From positions 1,696,001-1,760,000 of the forward strand of contig OZ241907.1 in NCBI GenBank assembly GCA_965203515.1: a DNA stretch of 64,000 nt. The letters run 5' to 3'. The notes beneath the pieces were generated by a model. The model was not told the DNA's origin. It did not search any database and worked only from the letters and a program-made list of their open reading frames with translations. Numbering within the stretch: the stretch's first letter is position 1; each line of letters opens with the position of its first letter. The DNA comes from Spirochaetia bacterium. Lineage in GTDB: Bacteria; Spirochaetota; Spirochaetia; SZUA-6; Bin103. A program made the translations under genes and the position numbers. Positions 10,134 to 20,210 of this stretch are shown here, one piece after another.

Positions 10134-10592
10134 ATGACCGACCTGCGCGTCCGCGAGCTGAGGGCGGACGACCTGCGCAACGGGTTCCCGGAGACGCTGG
10201 ACGCCCTCCGGCCCACCAGCGGCATCGACCCCGCAGCGGCCGCCGCCGTCTTCGAGCGCCTGCAGCGCAGCCCGGACACGGTCGTGGCGGTCGCCGAGCG
10301 GGACGGCCGCATCGTCGGCACCGGCACGCTCTACCTCCTGCGCAAGTTCCTGTACGGCGGCAGCACCGCCGGTCACGTCGAGGACGTCGCGGTCGCCGCC
10401 GGCCGGCAGCGCTCGGGAGTCGGGAGTGCGGTGATCCGCTACCTGCTGGATCGCGCGCAGCAGGCCGGCTGCTACAAGACCGTGCTGTATTGCGACGACG
10501 AGGTCATGGCGTTCTACCGCAAGCTCGGCTTCCGGCGCACCACCAACGGCATGCGCTTCGACCACCACGCGCCGGCCGGAGCCGCCCAGTAG
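10134..10592 (+). CDS. GNAT acetyltransferase resembling GNA1-type glucosamine-6-phosphate N-acetyltransferase
   Basis: KFLYGGSTAGHVEDVAV...RSGVG...GCYKTVLYC...FYRKLGF. Confidence 0.75.
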   Translation: MTDLRVRELRADDLRNGFPETLDALRPTSGIDPAAAAAVFERLQRSPDTVVAVAERDGRIVGTGTLYLLRKFLYGGSTAGHVEDVAVAAGRQRSGVGSAVIRYLLDRAQQAGCYKTVLYCDDEVMAFYRKLGFRRTTNGMRFDHHAPAGAAQ

Positions 10593-10644
10593 GTCGGGCG
10601 TCCGGCCCGGGCCTTGCGGCAGGCGCCCGGCTGCGTCTGATACA

Positions 10645-11724
10645 GTGTCGGCCATGCAGGGGCGCCAGGCTTTGTCTCCCGCGACGTTCATCGGCGTGCG
10701 CGGCGGCGACATCATCTCGTTTGGGTCCGGTCAACCGGACCTGCCGCCGCCGCCCGAGGCGTATCGGGTGCTCGGCGATTACCGGGAGTTCAAGTACGGG
10801 CTCATCCAGGGCATGGCCGAGTTGCGCGCGGCGCTTGCGGACCGCTATCCGCACGCGACCGCGGACAGCTTCGTCATCACCAACGGCGCGAGCGAGGCGC
10901 TGGATCTGGCGCTGCGTCTGATCGGCCGTACCTGCGCCGCCGGCCGGCGGCGCGTGCTGATGGCCCGGCCGTACTACTACTCGTATCCGCCCATGGTGGA
11001 GTACGCCGGGCTGGAGCCGGTCTATACCGACACCGTCGACGGCCGCATCGATCCGGACGACTTCGCCGCCAAGGTGGCCGACTGCGCGGCGGTGATCGTC
11101 AACTCGCCGGCCAACCCCACCGGCCGGGTGCAGCCCGTGGAGACCCTGCAGCGGATCGAGGAAGTGACGCGGGACCTCGGCGTCTACCTGCTGGCGGACG
11201 CGGTGTACAAGGACCTGATCTACGTGAGCGAGACCCATACCCTCGCCGGGCCGCACGTCATCACCATCGACTCGTTCTCCAAGACCTACGCGATGTGCGG
11301 CCACCGCATCGGCTACCTGTGGTCGGAGGACGCGCGCTTCGTGCAGGGCATCATCGACATGAAGACGCATACCTCCATGAACACCGGCATCCTGGGCCAG
11401 CGGATGGCGCTGGCCGCCCTGGACGCCCCGGCGTCGTACATCGACGACCAGCTCGTCATCTGGCGCGAGCGGCGCGACCTGATCTACGCGGGGCTGTCGG
11501 ACCTGGGCCTCGATCTGTGGAGACCGGAAGGCGCCTTCTACGTGTTGCCCAAGGTGGAGGACCCGTACCGGTTCGTCAGCGACCTGTTCGAACGCCACCA
11601 CGTGATCACCTATCTGGGCGAATGGTTCGGCGCCCCCGACCGCGTGCGCCTGTCGTACGCCCTCGACGCGGACAAGATCGAGGAGGGACTGGAGCGGATC
11701 GGCGCCTGTCTTGCCCGGCGGTGA
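10645..11724 (+). CDS. PLP-dependent aminotransferase class I/II
   Basis: GQPD, NSPANPTG, DAVY, SFSKTYAMCGHRIGY and PEGAFY motifs. Confidence 0.92.
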   Translation: MSAMQGRQALSPATFIGVRGGDIISFGSGQPDLPPPPEAYRVLGDYREFKYGLIQGMAELRAALADRYPHATADSFVITNGASEALDLALRLIGRTCAAGRRRVLMARPYYYSYPPMVEYAGLEPVYTDTVDGRIDPDDFAAKVADCAAVIVNSPANPTGRVQPVETLQRIEEVTRDLGVYLLADAVYKDLIYVSETHTLAGPHVITIDSFSKTYAMCGHRIGYLWSEDARFVQGIIDMKTHTSMNTGILGQRMALAALDAPASYIDDQLVIWRERRDLIYAGLSDLGLDLWRPEGAFYVLPKVEDPYRFVSDLFERHHVITYLGEWFGAPDRVRLSYALDADKIEEGLERIGACLARR

Positions 11725-12767
11725 GCTCGCCGCCTCTGCGTCTGGCGGTGATCGGCGCCGGCGTGATGGGCTGCTGCCACGTCGAACGGATACGGGAGAG
11801 CGGCGCCTGCTCCCTGGCCGCGGTCTGCGATCCGGACCTGCCCCGCGCCCGTCGCGCCGCCGGCGGCGCATGCCCGGTCCACGCCGAGCTGCCCGAGCTG
11901 CTGCGGCGTGAGCGGATCGACGGGGCGATCGTCGCCGCGCCGACCGCCCGGCACCACGAGTGCGGCGTGCTCTGCGCCGAGTCCGGGGTGCCGGTGCTGG
12001 TGGAGAAGCCGATCGCCGCGACCGCCGCGGACGGACGCGCGCTGGTCGAGGCGGCCGCCAGCCGGGGCGTACCGCTGCTGGTCGGCCAGCACCGCCGCCA
12101 CAGCGCCTACGTGCGGCGCGCCAGGGAGGTGATCGAGCGCGGCGAGATCGGCCGCCTGGTGAGCTTCACGGCGCTCTGGTTCGTGCGCAAGCCGGACGAC
12201 TACTACGCGGTCGGCTGGCGGACGCGCCCCGGCGGCGGGCCGATCCTGACCAACCTGATCCACGAGATCGACCTGATGCGCCATCTCGGCGGCGAGATCG
12301 AGAGCGTCTACGCCGCGGCCGGCTCGCCGGCCCGCGGCCTGCCGGTGGAGGACACGGTGGCGGTCACGCTGCGCCTGCGCAGCGGCGCGCTCGGCTCGAT
12401 CGCCGCCTCGGACGCCGCGGTATCGCCGTGGTCGTACGAGCTGACGACCCATGAGAACCCGCTCTACACCCGCACCGATCAGAACTGCTACTTCCTGCTC
12501 GGTACGGCCGGCTCCCTGGCGTTCCCGCGGCTCACCCGCTGGCGCCACCCCGGCGCGGCCGGCTGGCAGCATCCGCTTTCCCGCACGGAGCTGCCGGTCG
12601 ACCCGGTCGACCCGATCGCCGCTCAGCTCGCGCACTTCTGCCGGGTGATCCGCGGTCAGGAGGCGCCGCTCGTGCCGGGAGCGGACGGCCTGGCCACCCT
12701 GGCCGCCGCCGAAGCGGCGCTGCGGTCAGCCCGCGAAGGCCGGCCGATCACGCTGGGCGCCGGTTGA
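11721..12767 (+). CDS. Gfo/Idh/MocA oxidoreductase
   Basis: VIGAGVMG, EKP and IHEID motifs. GTG 11721 overlaps the upstream stop. Confidence 0.9.
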   Translation: MSSPPLRLAVIGAGVMGCCHVERIRESGACSLAAVCDPDLPRARRAAGGACPVHAELPELLRRERIDGAIVAAPTARHHECGVLCAESGVPVLVEKPIAATAADGRALVEAAASRGVPLLVGQHRRHSAYVRRAREVIERGEIGRLVSFTALWFVRKPDDYYAVGWRTRPGGGPILTNLIHEIDLMRHLGGEIESVYAAAGSPARGLPVEDTVAVTLRLRSGALGSIAASDAAVSPWSYELTTHENPLYTRTDQNCYFLLGTAGSLAFPRLTRWRHPGAAGWQHPLSRTELPVDPVDPIAAQLAHFCRVIRGQEAPLVPGADGLATLAAAEAALRSAREGRPITLGAG

Positions 12768-13151
12768 TCACTGCGGAGCGGCGCCGCGGCAGCCATGGCA
12801 GAGACCGTACAGGGTGATTTCGTGCCCCTCGGTGACGAAGCCGGCCGGCGCCAGAGCGTCGACGCCGCGCAGGCAGCCGCTCACCTCCCACAACGCGTTG
12901 CAGATGCGGCACAGGAAGTGGTGATGGTGCGGTTTGCCGGCGCGCTCGTAGCGGGCCGGAGCGCCGGGAATCTCGACGGTCCGCAGCCAGCCGGCCGCCA
13001 CCAGATCGCGGATGGCGCGGTAGACCGTGGCGATGCCAAGACCGGGCAGATGCCGCCGCGCCGCTTCGCAGAGTTCCGCGGGGCTCAGCGGCCGGTCGCA
13101 CGACTCGACCGCCGCGCGGATCGCGTCACGTTGCCGGGTCTGCCGTTCCAT
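12768..13151 (-). CDS. Fur-family metalloregulator (Zur-like by context)
   Basis: TRQR, GIATVYR, HHHHFLCRIC and C-terminal CHGC; last gene of the metal ABC operon. Confidence 0.9.
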   Translation of the reverse strand: MERQTRQRDAIRAAVESCDRPLSPAELCEAARRHLPGLGIATVYRAIRDLVAAGWLRTVEIPGAPARYERAGKPHHHHFLCRICNALWEVSGCLRGVDALAPAGFVTEGHEITLYGLCHGCRGAAPQ

Positions 13152-14004
13152 GGCGCTCCTCGCCCTCGCCGGGCACGGCCCGCAGCGTGCGCGCCAGGGC
13201 CGAGATGATCAGAAAGATGACGACGCATACCAGGGCGACCGCCGCGCCCGATGCTACGTTCAGATAGTACGAGAGGTACAGACCGACCACGCCGGAGACG
13301 ATGCCGATCGCCGCCGCGGTCAGGACGGCGTGGTGGAAGCGGCGCACGACCTGCAGCGCCGCGGCGGCCGGCGCCACCATCAGCGTCACCACCAGAGCGA
13401 TGCCGATCGTCTGCAGCGCCACCGCGATCGCCAGCGCCATGAGCACGTACTGCAACGCGGTGAGCCACCTGCTGTCGATGCGCAATGACGCGGCGAACAC
13501 CCGGTCGAAGGTGACCAGCACCAGCTCCTTGTAGAACAGGGCGACGACGACCGCTATCAACCCCGCTACCGCTCCGATGCGGATCAGGTCGGCGCCGCTC
13601 ACGCTCAGCACGTTGCCGAACAGGAAGTGCACCAGATCGACGGCGAAGCTGCGCACGGTGGAGATGATCACGATGCCCAGGGCGAACATCCCCGAATAGA
13701 CCACGCCGACCGCGGCGTCCTCGCCGATGCGGGATCGGCGGACCAGGACGGACATGCCCAGAGCGGCCAGGACGGCGGTACCGGTCGCCCACCAGAACAA
13801 CCGGTCTCGGGACAGGTCGCCCGCCAGGTAGCCCACCGCCACCCCCGGCACCAGCGAATGGGCCAGCGCGCTGCCGATGTAGGACATGCCGCGCAGCACG
13901 GCGAAGGTGCCGACCAGGGCGCACGCCGCCGCCGCCATGGTCACCGCCAGCATCGCCCGGACCAGGAACGGATAGCCGAGCGGAGCGATCAGCAGGTCGA
14001 TCAC
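13126..14004 (-). CDS. Zn/Mn ABC transporter permease (ZnuB-like)
   Basis: Multiple TM helices; ALAHSLVPG, EDAAVG, LFGNVL and YKEL motifs. Confidence 0.92.
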   Translation of the reverse strand: MIDLLIAPLGYPFLVRAMLAVTMAAAACALVGTFAVLRGMSYIGSALAHSLVPGVAVGYLAGDLSRDRLFWWATGTAVLAALGMSVLVRRSRIGEDAAVGVVYSGMFALGIVIISTVRSFAVDLVHFLFGNVLSVSGADLIRIGAVAGLIAVVVALFYKELVLVTFDRVFAASLRIDSRWLTALQYVLMALAIAVALQTIGIALVVTLMVAPAAAALQVVRRFHHAVLTAAAIGIVSGVVGLYLSYYLNVASGAAVALVCVVIFLIISALARTLRAVPGEGEERHGTADPAT

Positions 14005-14825
14005 GCGGCGCCGCGGGCGGCCGGCAGGCCGTGGTCGCAGTGGCTGTCCGGCAGCGCGTACTGCTCCCCGTCCGCTCCGACGCGGCGCAGGTTGCTGCCG
14101 TACGCTTCCGCCAGCCGATCGGCCACCAGCACCTCCTGCGCCGGACCGCAGGCGATCAGCCGCCGGTTCAAGAGCGCGACTCGCCCCATACGCTCCGCCA
14201 CGCCGAGGTCGTGGGTGGAGAGCAGTACCGTCACCTCATCGCCCAGCGCCTGCAGGGTCGCATCGAGCAGCCGGCAGGCGTCGGAGTCGAGGCCGGTAAA
14301 CGGCTCGTCGAGCAGCAGCAACTCCGCCTGCTGGGCCAACGCGCGGGCGATGAACATGCGCTGCCGCTCGCCGCCGGACAGCTCGTCGATCCGGCGGCGG
14401 CGCAACGGCGCAATCGCGACGCGCTCCATGGCGGACGCGACGATCGACCGGTCGGCGCGGCGCGGAAACCGGAAGTAGCCGGTGCGGGCGATGCGGCCCA
14501 TGGCCACCACATCCTCCACCGTGGCGGGAAAGCGCCAGTTGAGGTCCGCGTGCTGTTCGATATAGGCGATGCAGACGTGGCGGTCCGGGTCACTTCCGTA
14601 GACCCGGACCGTCCCCGCCGAGGGCCGATGGATGCCGGCCACCACCTTGAACAGGGTGCTCTTGCCGGCGCCGTTGGGACCCACCACCGCGACGCGTCCG
14701 CCGGCGGTCAACCGCATCGACACCTGGTCGAGCACGCCTTTGCCGTCGTATCGGGCCGATATTCGGTCGATGTCGAGCAGGACGGCGCCAGCCGGGTGCG
14801 GGGACTCGCGGTCGCGCATCACCAT
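14001..14825 (-). CDS. Zn/Mn ABC transporter ATPase (ZnuC-like)
   Basis: GPNGAGKST, LSGGERQR and LLLDEP motifs. Confidence 0.93.
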   Translation of the reverse strand: MVMRDRESPHPAGAVLLDIDRISARYDGKGVLDQVSMRLTAGGRVAVVGPNGAGKSTLFKVVAGIHRPSAGTVRVYGSDPDRHVCIAYIEQHADLNWRFPATVEDVVAMGRIARTGYFRFPRRADRSIVASAMERVAIAPLRRRRIDELSGGERQRMFIARALAQQAELLLLDEPFTGLDSDACRLLDATLQALGDEVTVLLSTHDLGVAERMGRVALLNRRLIACGPAQEVLVADRLAEAYGSNLRRVGADGEQYALPDSHCDHGLPAARGAA

Positions 14826-14834
14826 CCGGCCCTG

Positions 14835-16004
14835 TCACGCATCTTCGAGGGCGGAGACGATTCGCTCGACGTTGGTGCGGATGAAGTCCGAGTAGGTGGC
14901 CGCCGGGCCGGCCGCGTCGCTCAGCGATCCGGTATAGACCGACACCACGTCGATGCCGAGGTCGCCGGCCACCGCCCGCGCCACCTGTGCGTCGACCGTG
15001 AGGCCGACGAAGATCGCCGGCACCCCGTGCTCGGCGATCGCCTCCCTCAGCGCTGCCAGGTGGCGGGCCGACGGCTCGGCGACCGTGCTGAATCCGGGGA
15101 TGACGGTATCGAGTACGGTGAACCCGTAACGGGCGGCGAAGTACCCGAACACGTCGTGATCGGTGACCATGATGCGCCGGTCCGCAGGAACGGCGGCGAC
15201 CCGATCCCGCACCCAGACGTCGAGCTCGTTCAGTTCGTCGGCGAGCTCGGCTGCGCGGCGGGCGTAGTCGGCGCCGTGCTCGGGATCGACCTCGCCGAGC
15301 GCTTCCGCGATCTCCACCGTCCAGGCGGCGACCAGCGTCGGATCCATCCACACGTGCGGGTCGAACTCGCCGTGCTCGTGCTCGCCGTGTTCGTGCTCGT
15401 CCTCTTCGTCGTGCTCGTGCTCGTCGGCATCCTCGTCGTGCTCGTCCTCTTCGTCGTGCTCGTGTTCGTCGGCATCCTCGTCATGCTCGTCATCTTCGCC
15501 GTGCTCGTGTTCGTCGGCATCCTCGTCGTGCTCGTCCTCTTCGTCGTGCTCGTCCTCCTCGTCGTGCTCGTGCTCGTCGGCATCCTCGTCGTGCTCGTCC
15601 TCCTCGTCGTGCTCGTGTTCGTCGGCATCCTCGTCACCCGCGGACCGGAGCTCCAGGTGCGCGGTCAGGTCGACGACGCGGCCCGCCGTGTTGGCGACCA
15701 GGTCGCCCAGGAAGTCGGCCTCCAGGCCGGCGCCGTTGATGAACACGACCGCCGCGTCCGCTACCTGCCGAGCGTCGCGCGGCGTCGCCTGGAAGGCGTG
15801 CGGATCGGCGCCCGGCGGCAGCATCACGTACACCGACAGTCGGTCTCCCCCGATCCGGGAGACGATGTCCCCGACGATGGTGGTGGTCGCCACGACCCGG
15901 ACGGCGCCGGCGGCCGGCTCTTCGATCTGCCCTTCGGCATATGCCGGCATGCCGGCCAACGCCACGACGAAGGCCACGAACATCCCGGTTCTCAAGTGTC
16001 TCAT
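14835..16004 (-). CDS. Zn/Mn ABC substrate-binding protein (ZnuA/AdcA-like) with a long His/acidic loop
   Basis: Signal peptide, DPHAF, DPHVW and HDVFGYF motifs, plus a 90-aa D/E/H insertion. Confidence 0.93.
   Translation of the reverse strand: MRHLRTGMFVAFVVALAGMPAYAEGQIEEPAAGAVRVVATTTIVGDIVSRIGGDRLSVYVMLPPGADPHAFQATPRDARQVADAAVVFINGAGLEADFLGDLVANTAGRVVDLTAHLELRSAGDEDADEHEHDEEDEHDEDADEHEHDEEDEHDEEDEHDEDADEHEHGEDDEHDEDADEHEHDEEDEHDEDADEHEHDEEDEHEHGEHEHGEFDPHVWMDPTLVAAWTVEIAEALGEVDPEHGADYARRAAELADELNELDVWVRDRVAAVPADRRIMVTDHDVFGYFAARYGFTVLDTVIPGFSTVAEPSARHLAALREAIAEHGVPAIFVGLTVDAQVARAVAGDLGIDVVSVYTGSLSDAAGPAATYSDFIRTNVERIVSALEDA
15366..15635 (-). repeat. Coding tandem repeat, about 45-bp unit (DEDADEHEHDEEDEH) x5 plus partial units
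   Basis: Visible directly in the DNA and the translation. Confidence 0.95.
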
Positions 16005-16010
16005 GTCTCG

Positions 16011-16040
16011 AATCTAACGATAATGCGTTATCATGGTCAA
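16011..16040 (-). promoter_or_regulatory. sigma70-type promoter (TTGACC-N18-TAGATT) of the metal ABC operon with a Fur-family-like operator in its spacer
   Basis: The -10 lies 6 nt before ATG 16004. The inverted repeat GATAA-TGCG-TTATC at 16019-16032 resembles Fur-box half-sites. Confidence 0.65.
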
Positions 16041-16085
16041 CAGGCCACGGGGCCGCGTTGACAGCCATCTCCCGATGGACGCGCG

Positions 16086-18830
16086 TCAGCCGGTGTTGCG
16101 CAACCCGGCGGCCAGACCGTTGACGGTGAGCAGGATCGCCCGCTCGACGCGCCGGTCGACCTGGCCGGCGCTGCGGTGCCGGGCGAGCAGCACGACCTGC
16201 AGCAGGTTGAGCGGCTCCAGGTAGGCCGACCGCACCTCCAGGGTCCGCTTGAGCACGGGGTAGTCGGCGAGCAGCGTCGGCTTGCCGGTGGTGGCGAGTA
16301 CGTGACGGAGCGCTCGCTCGTGCTCGGCGGCTACCAGGTCGAATATCCGACGGTGTTCCGCCGGCACCAGCGCCTCCACGTAGCGCTGCGCCGTCACCAG
16401 GTCCGTCTTCGCCAGCGTCATCTCCACGTTGGAGATGAACATGCGGAAGAACGGCCAGCGCTCGTACATCTCGGTCAGCGTATCCGTCCCGGCGTCGCGC
16501 GCGGCGGCGAGCCCGCTGCCGACCCCGTACCAGCCGGGCACGACCTGCCGCGTCTGCGTCCAGCCGAACACCCACGGGATGGCGCGCATGCCGCCGATGC
16601 CGCCGCCGGTTCCCGGGCGCCGAGTCGGTCGCGAGCCGATCTTGAGCGACGCCAGCTCCTCCACCGGCGTCGCGGTCAGGAAGTAGGGCACCAGTGATGG
16701 ATGGTCGATCAGGTCGCGGTAGGCGCGGTACGCCGCCCGCGAGGTGATGTCCATGGCCTCGTCCCACCGTTTCAGGTCCTCCGCCGAGCGCGTCGAGCTC
16801 CGGTGCAGCACCGCCGCCTCGACCGACGCGGCCAGCGTCACCTCCAGATTGTCGCGGGCCAGCCGCGGCAGTCCGTACTTGTCCGCCACCACCTCGCCCT
16901 GCTCGGTGATCTTGATCGCGCCGTCCACGGTCCCCCAGGGCTGCGCGAGGATCGCCTCCGCGGTCGGGCCGCCGCCGCGCCCCACCGTGCCGCCGCGGCC
17001 GTGGAAGAACCGCAACGGTACGCCGTACTCGCGGGCGACGTCGCGGAGCCGCCGCGCGCATCGATGCAGATCCCACTGCGCCGTGGTGATGCCGGCCAGC
17101 TTGTTCGAGTCGGAGTACCCCAGCATCACCTCCTGCGGGCCGCCGCGCAGGCGCAACAGCTCGCGGTAGCTCGGCTCCTCCAGCAGGTCGCGGAGCGTGT
17201 CGCCGGCACGCCGAATCGCCTCCGGCGTCTCGAACAGCGGCACGAACCCGATCGCCGCGCGGCCCGACGAGACGTCGACCAGCCCCGCCTCCCGGGCCAG
17301 CACCACCGCCGCCAACAGGTCGTCGGCGCTCACGGTCTCGGAAACGACGTAGCTTTCGATCGCGCGTGCGCCGAACCGCTCCAGCGCCGCGCGCACCACG
17401 CGCATCGTCTCCAGGGTCCGGCCCGGATCGCCCCGCAGGTCGGCAGCGGGCGTGGCGATCGGCCGCCGGTTGCGCAGCTCTTCGGACAGCAGCGCGAACC
17501 GCTCCGCCGGTGACATGCCGCCGTAGTCCGGCGCGGCGGGCAGACGGCGGTAGAGCGCGGCCAGCGCAGCGTGGTGCTTCTGCGCATGCTCGCGGACATC
17601 GAGGGTCGCCAGATGGAAGCCGAAGGCCGACGCGCGGCGCAGCAGGCGGCGCAGCGATCCGTTGGCGATCACCTGACCCCGGTTGCCGCGGAGCGACCGC
17701 TGCAGCATCTCCAACTCCGCGACCAGCTCGGCGGCGCGGCGGTAGTCGCGCCGCGGCACGTGACGCGTGTGCTCGGCGATCCGCCGGCGCGTGTTCACCA
17801 GCCGCTCGCGGATGTAGTGGAGCTTCATCCGGTAGCTCTCGCCGGTGTCGCGGCGCTGAAAGCGCCGATCGGTGGCCGGCAGCGCCTGGCGGTCGCGGCG
17901 GATGCTGAGCGTCAGCTCCGTCGAAACGCCGTGGATGCGCTCGGAGCCGCTCAGTTCCGCCGACAGGTCGTCGACGGCTCCTATCAGCTCGCGCAGGGCG
18001 TGATCGTGCTGCAGCTCCAGCACGGCCATGGTAACCTCCGCGGTGACCTGCGGGTTGCCGTCGCGGTCCCCGCCGACCCAGCTGCCAAAGCTCAGCGGAC
18101 GCGCGCGGGCGGGCAGCTCGATGCCGATCCGGTCCATCTGCTGGTCCAGCTCGTCGAACAGGTCGCCGGTCACTTCGCGGAGCATTTCGTTCAGGTAGTA
18201 GATCGCCGCCTGCGCCTCGTCGGTGGGGCGAGGACGATGGATGCGCAGCTCGTCGGTCTGCCAGATCAGGTCGATCGACTCGGCTAGGCGGCGCTCGATG
18301 CGGTCCAGATCGACCTCGGTCTGCCGCGGGTCGATCCGCTCGTACAGCAGCTCGGCGATGCGGCGCAGCTTGGTGAGCACGGAACGGCGCGCCGCCTCCG
18401 TGGGATGCGCCGTGAAGACCGGCCGGACGTCCAGACGCGGCGCTACGTCGCGCAGGGCAGCGCACCGGTCCTGGTCGCCCTCGATGTGGTCGAACAGAGC
18501 GCGCAGCCGGCCGCGGCCGACGCCGCTGCGCGGTCCGTACTCGCCGGCCCGATGGGTCTGCTCGGCGACGTTCGCCAAGTGGAAGAAGGTGGAGAAGGCG
18601 CGCACCAGATTGGTCGTGTCGGCGATGTCCAGACCGGTCAGCAGGTCGGTCAGCGCAGCGCGCGCGCCGCTTCCCGCCGCCGCGTCGCGCGCCTGCTTGC
18701 TCAGCGTGCGCACCTGCTCCACCAGTTCCAGCAACTGCGGGCCATGCTGGCGGACCAGCGTCTGCCCCAGCAGGTTGCCGAGCAGCCTGATGTCCGACCG
18801 CAGCGCCGCGTCGTTCCCCGAAGAGCTCAT
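16086..18830 (-). CDS. ppc: Phosphoenolpyruvate carboxylase
   Basis: VFTAHPTE, WVGGDRDGNP, QEVMLGYSDSNK, FHGRGGTVGRGGG, RAIPWVF and terminal GLRNTG. Confidence 0.97.
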   Translation of the reverse strand: MSSSGNDAALRSDIRLLGNLLGQTLVRQHGPQLLELVEQVRTLSKQARDAAAGSGARAALTDLLTGLDIADTTNLVRAFSTFFHLANVAEQTHRAGEYGPRSGVGRGRLRALFDHIEGDQDRCAALRDVAPRLDVRPVFTAHPTEAARRSVLTKLRRIAELLYERIDPRQTEVDLDRIERRLAESIDLIWQTDELRIHRPRPTDEAQAAIYYLNEMLREVTGDLFDELDQQMDRIGIELPARARPLSFGSWVGGDRDGNPQVTAEVTMAVLELQHDHALRELIGAVDDLSAELSGSERIHGVSTELTLSIRRDRQALPATDRRFQRRDTGESYRMKLHYIRERLVNTRRRIAEHTRHVPRRDYRRAAELVAELEMLQRSLRGNRGQVIANGSLRRLLRRASAFGFHLATLDVREHAQKHHAALAALYRRLPAAPDYGGMSPAERFALLSEELRNRRPIATPAADLRGDPGRTLETMRVVRAALERFGARAIESYVVSETVSADDLLAAVVLAREAGLVDVSSGRAAIGFVPLFETPEAIRRAGDTLRDLLEEPSYRELLRLRGGPQEVMLGYSDSNKLAGITTAQWDLHRCARRLRDVAREYGVPLRFFHGRGGTVGRGGGPTAEAILAQPWGTVDGAIKITEQGEVVADKYGLPRLARDNLEVTLAASVEAAVLHRSSTRSAEDLKRWDEAMDITSRAAYRAYRDLIDHPSLVPYFLTATPVEELASLKIGSRPTRRPGTGGGIGGMRAIPWVFGWTQTRQVVPGWYGVGSGLAAARDAGTDTLTEMYERWPFFRMFISNVEMTLAKTDLVTAQRYVEALVPAEHRRIFDLVAAEHERALRHVLATTGKPTLLADYPVLKRTLEVRSAYLEPLNLLQVVLLARHRSAGQVDRRVERAILLTVNGLAAGLRNTG

Positions 18831-18917
18831 GATCGGTACTATAGTGCTCGTCCTGCGATCGGTCGTTCCCGACCGCCGTCTACTGGCAAGCGACCCATCG
18901 CGGCTTGGCGGTCCTGC

Positions 18918-20210
18918 ATGAATGCACTACTTCCCTACGTCCGCGAACTCGAACGTGAGCTGAGCGCGCCGAGTCGCTCCGGTGCGCAATGGGAATCATG
19001 GCGCGACCGCTGTCTGGACGGTGGACCGGCCCGCGAACTGCGAGCAGCCGTTCAGCGGGCGGACCTGAGGGAGCAGGGCGCGTTCTTTACCGGCCCCGAA
19101 CTTGGCAGGAGAGCAGCGCTCGCGTTCGGCCCGCCGATTGCTGACGACTCGGTGTACTTTGATCCGTCCTGCGGGACAGGAGACCTGCTGCTCGCCGCGG
19201 CCGGACGGCTGCCCCGAGCGCCGACGGTTGCCGGGACACTTGCGCTCTGGGGAAGCCGCTTGGCGGGCTGCGATCTTTCTCCGGTGTTCGTCCGGGCGGC
19301 CAGTGCGCGCCTTGCCCTGCTGGCGATGCGCCGTTGCGGCACCCGCGAGCGGGTCGCGCCGGAAGCGGCAGGTGCTCTGCTGCCGGCGTTAACGGTCGAC
19401 GATGCGTTGCGCTGTCCCGACCGGTACGCGGCGGCGGGCCGGATCATGATGAACCCGCCGTTCCGTGCCATCCGTGCGCCGGACGGCTGCGAGTGGTCGG
19501 CCGGCCGCATCAACGCGGCCGCTCTCTTCACGGAGACCGCCATTCTCAACTCCCGGGACGGAACACGGATCACCGCCATTCTTCCCGATGTCCTACGCTC
19601 GGGAAGTCGCTACCATCGGTGGCGCTGCATGATCGGCGGCAATGCGGTCGTAGAAGAGATTACCGCATACGGAGCGTTTGATCGCCACGCCAACGTCGAC
19701 GTATTCCTGTTGCGCCTGACCGTCGCCAAGGGCAGGGAGGTCCCGACCGCCGAGGAGTGGGCGGGTATCGACAGGGTTTGCAGTGACACCGTGGCGGGGC
19801 ACTTCACGGTCCGCGTCGGCGCCGTCGTGCCCCATCGGCACGGGGAAACCGGGCCGGAATACCCGTACCTGCATGCGCGCTCGTTGCCGCCTTGGCAAAC
19901 GGTTACGAAGATAACTAAAACGCGGCGCTTCGCCGGCACGGTCTTCGCGCCGCCATTCGTCGCGGTGAGACGTACGTCCGGCCCCCGGGATCGACACCGG
20001 GCGGTGGCTACGATCGTGCTCGGCCGGCGGGCGGTGGCGGTCGAGAATCACGTCATCGTGTGCCTGCCCGACGACGGCACGATCGAGCGGTGTCGGGCTC
20101 TGCTGGCTCGTCTGCGCAGCGGCAATACCGATGGCTGGCTCAACCGGCGCATCCGCTGTCGTCACCTGACGACCTCGGCAGTGGCCGAGATACCGTGGTG
20201 GGAGCCATGA
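18918..20210 (+). CDS. Amino (probably N6-adenine) DNA methyltransferase, gamma-class motif order, with C-terminal TRD-like region
   Basis: GAFFT (motif X), DPSCGTG (motif I) and MNPPF (motif IV). The start is ATG 18918; the ORF-track 5' extension overlaps ppc. Confidence 0.82.
   Translation: MNALLPYVRELERELSAPSRSGAQWESWRDRCLDGGPARELRAAVQRADLREQGAFFTGPELGRRAALAFGPPIADDSVYFDPSCGTGDLLLAAAGRLPRAPTVAGTLALWGSRLAGCDLSPVFVRAASARLALLAMRRCGTRERVAPEAAGALLPALTVDDALRCPDRYAAAGRIMMNPPFRAIRAPDGCEWSAGRINAAALFTETAILNSRDGTRITAILPDVLRSGSRYHRWRCMIGGNAVVEEITAYGAFDRHANVDVFLLRLTVAKGREVPTAEEWAGIDRVCSDTVAGHFTVRVGAVVPHRHGETGPEYPYLHARSLPPWQTVTKITKTRRFAGTVFAPPFVAVRRTSGPRDRHRAVATIVLGRRAVAVENHVIVCLPDDGTIERCRALLARLRSGNTDGWLNRRIRCRHLTTSAVAEIPWWEP

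Noticed and set aside
15366..15635. Repeats here and at 30935-31018 as CRISPR arrays
   Set aside because: They are in-frame coding tandem repeats without unique spacers, and there are no cas genes in the window.
18405..18917. N-terminal extension of the DNA MTase
   Set aside because: It overlaps ppc on the opposite strand; ATG 18918 gives a complete MTase.
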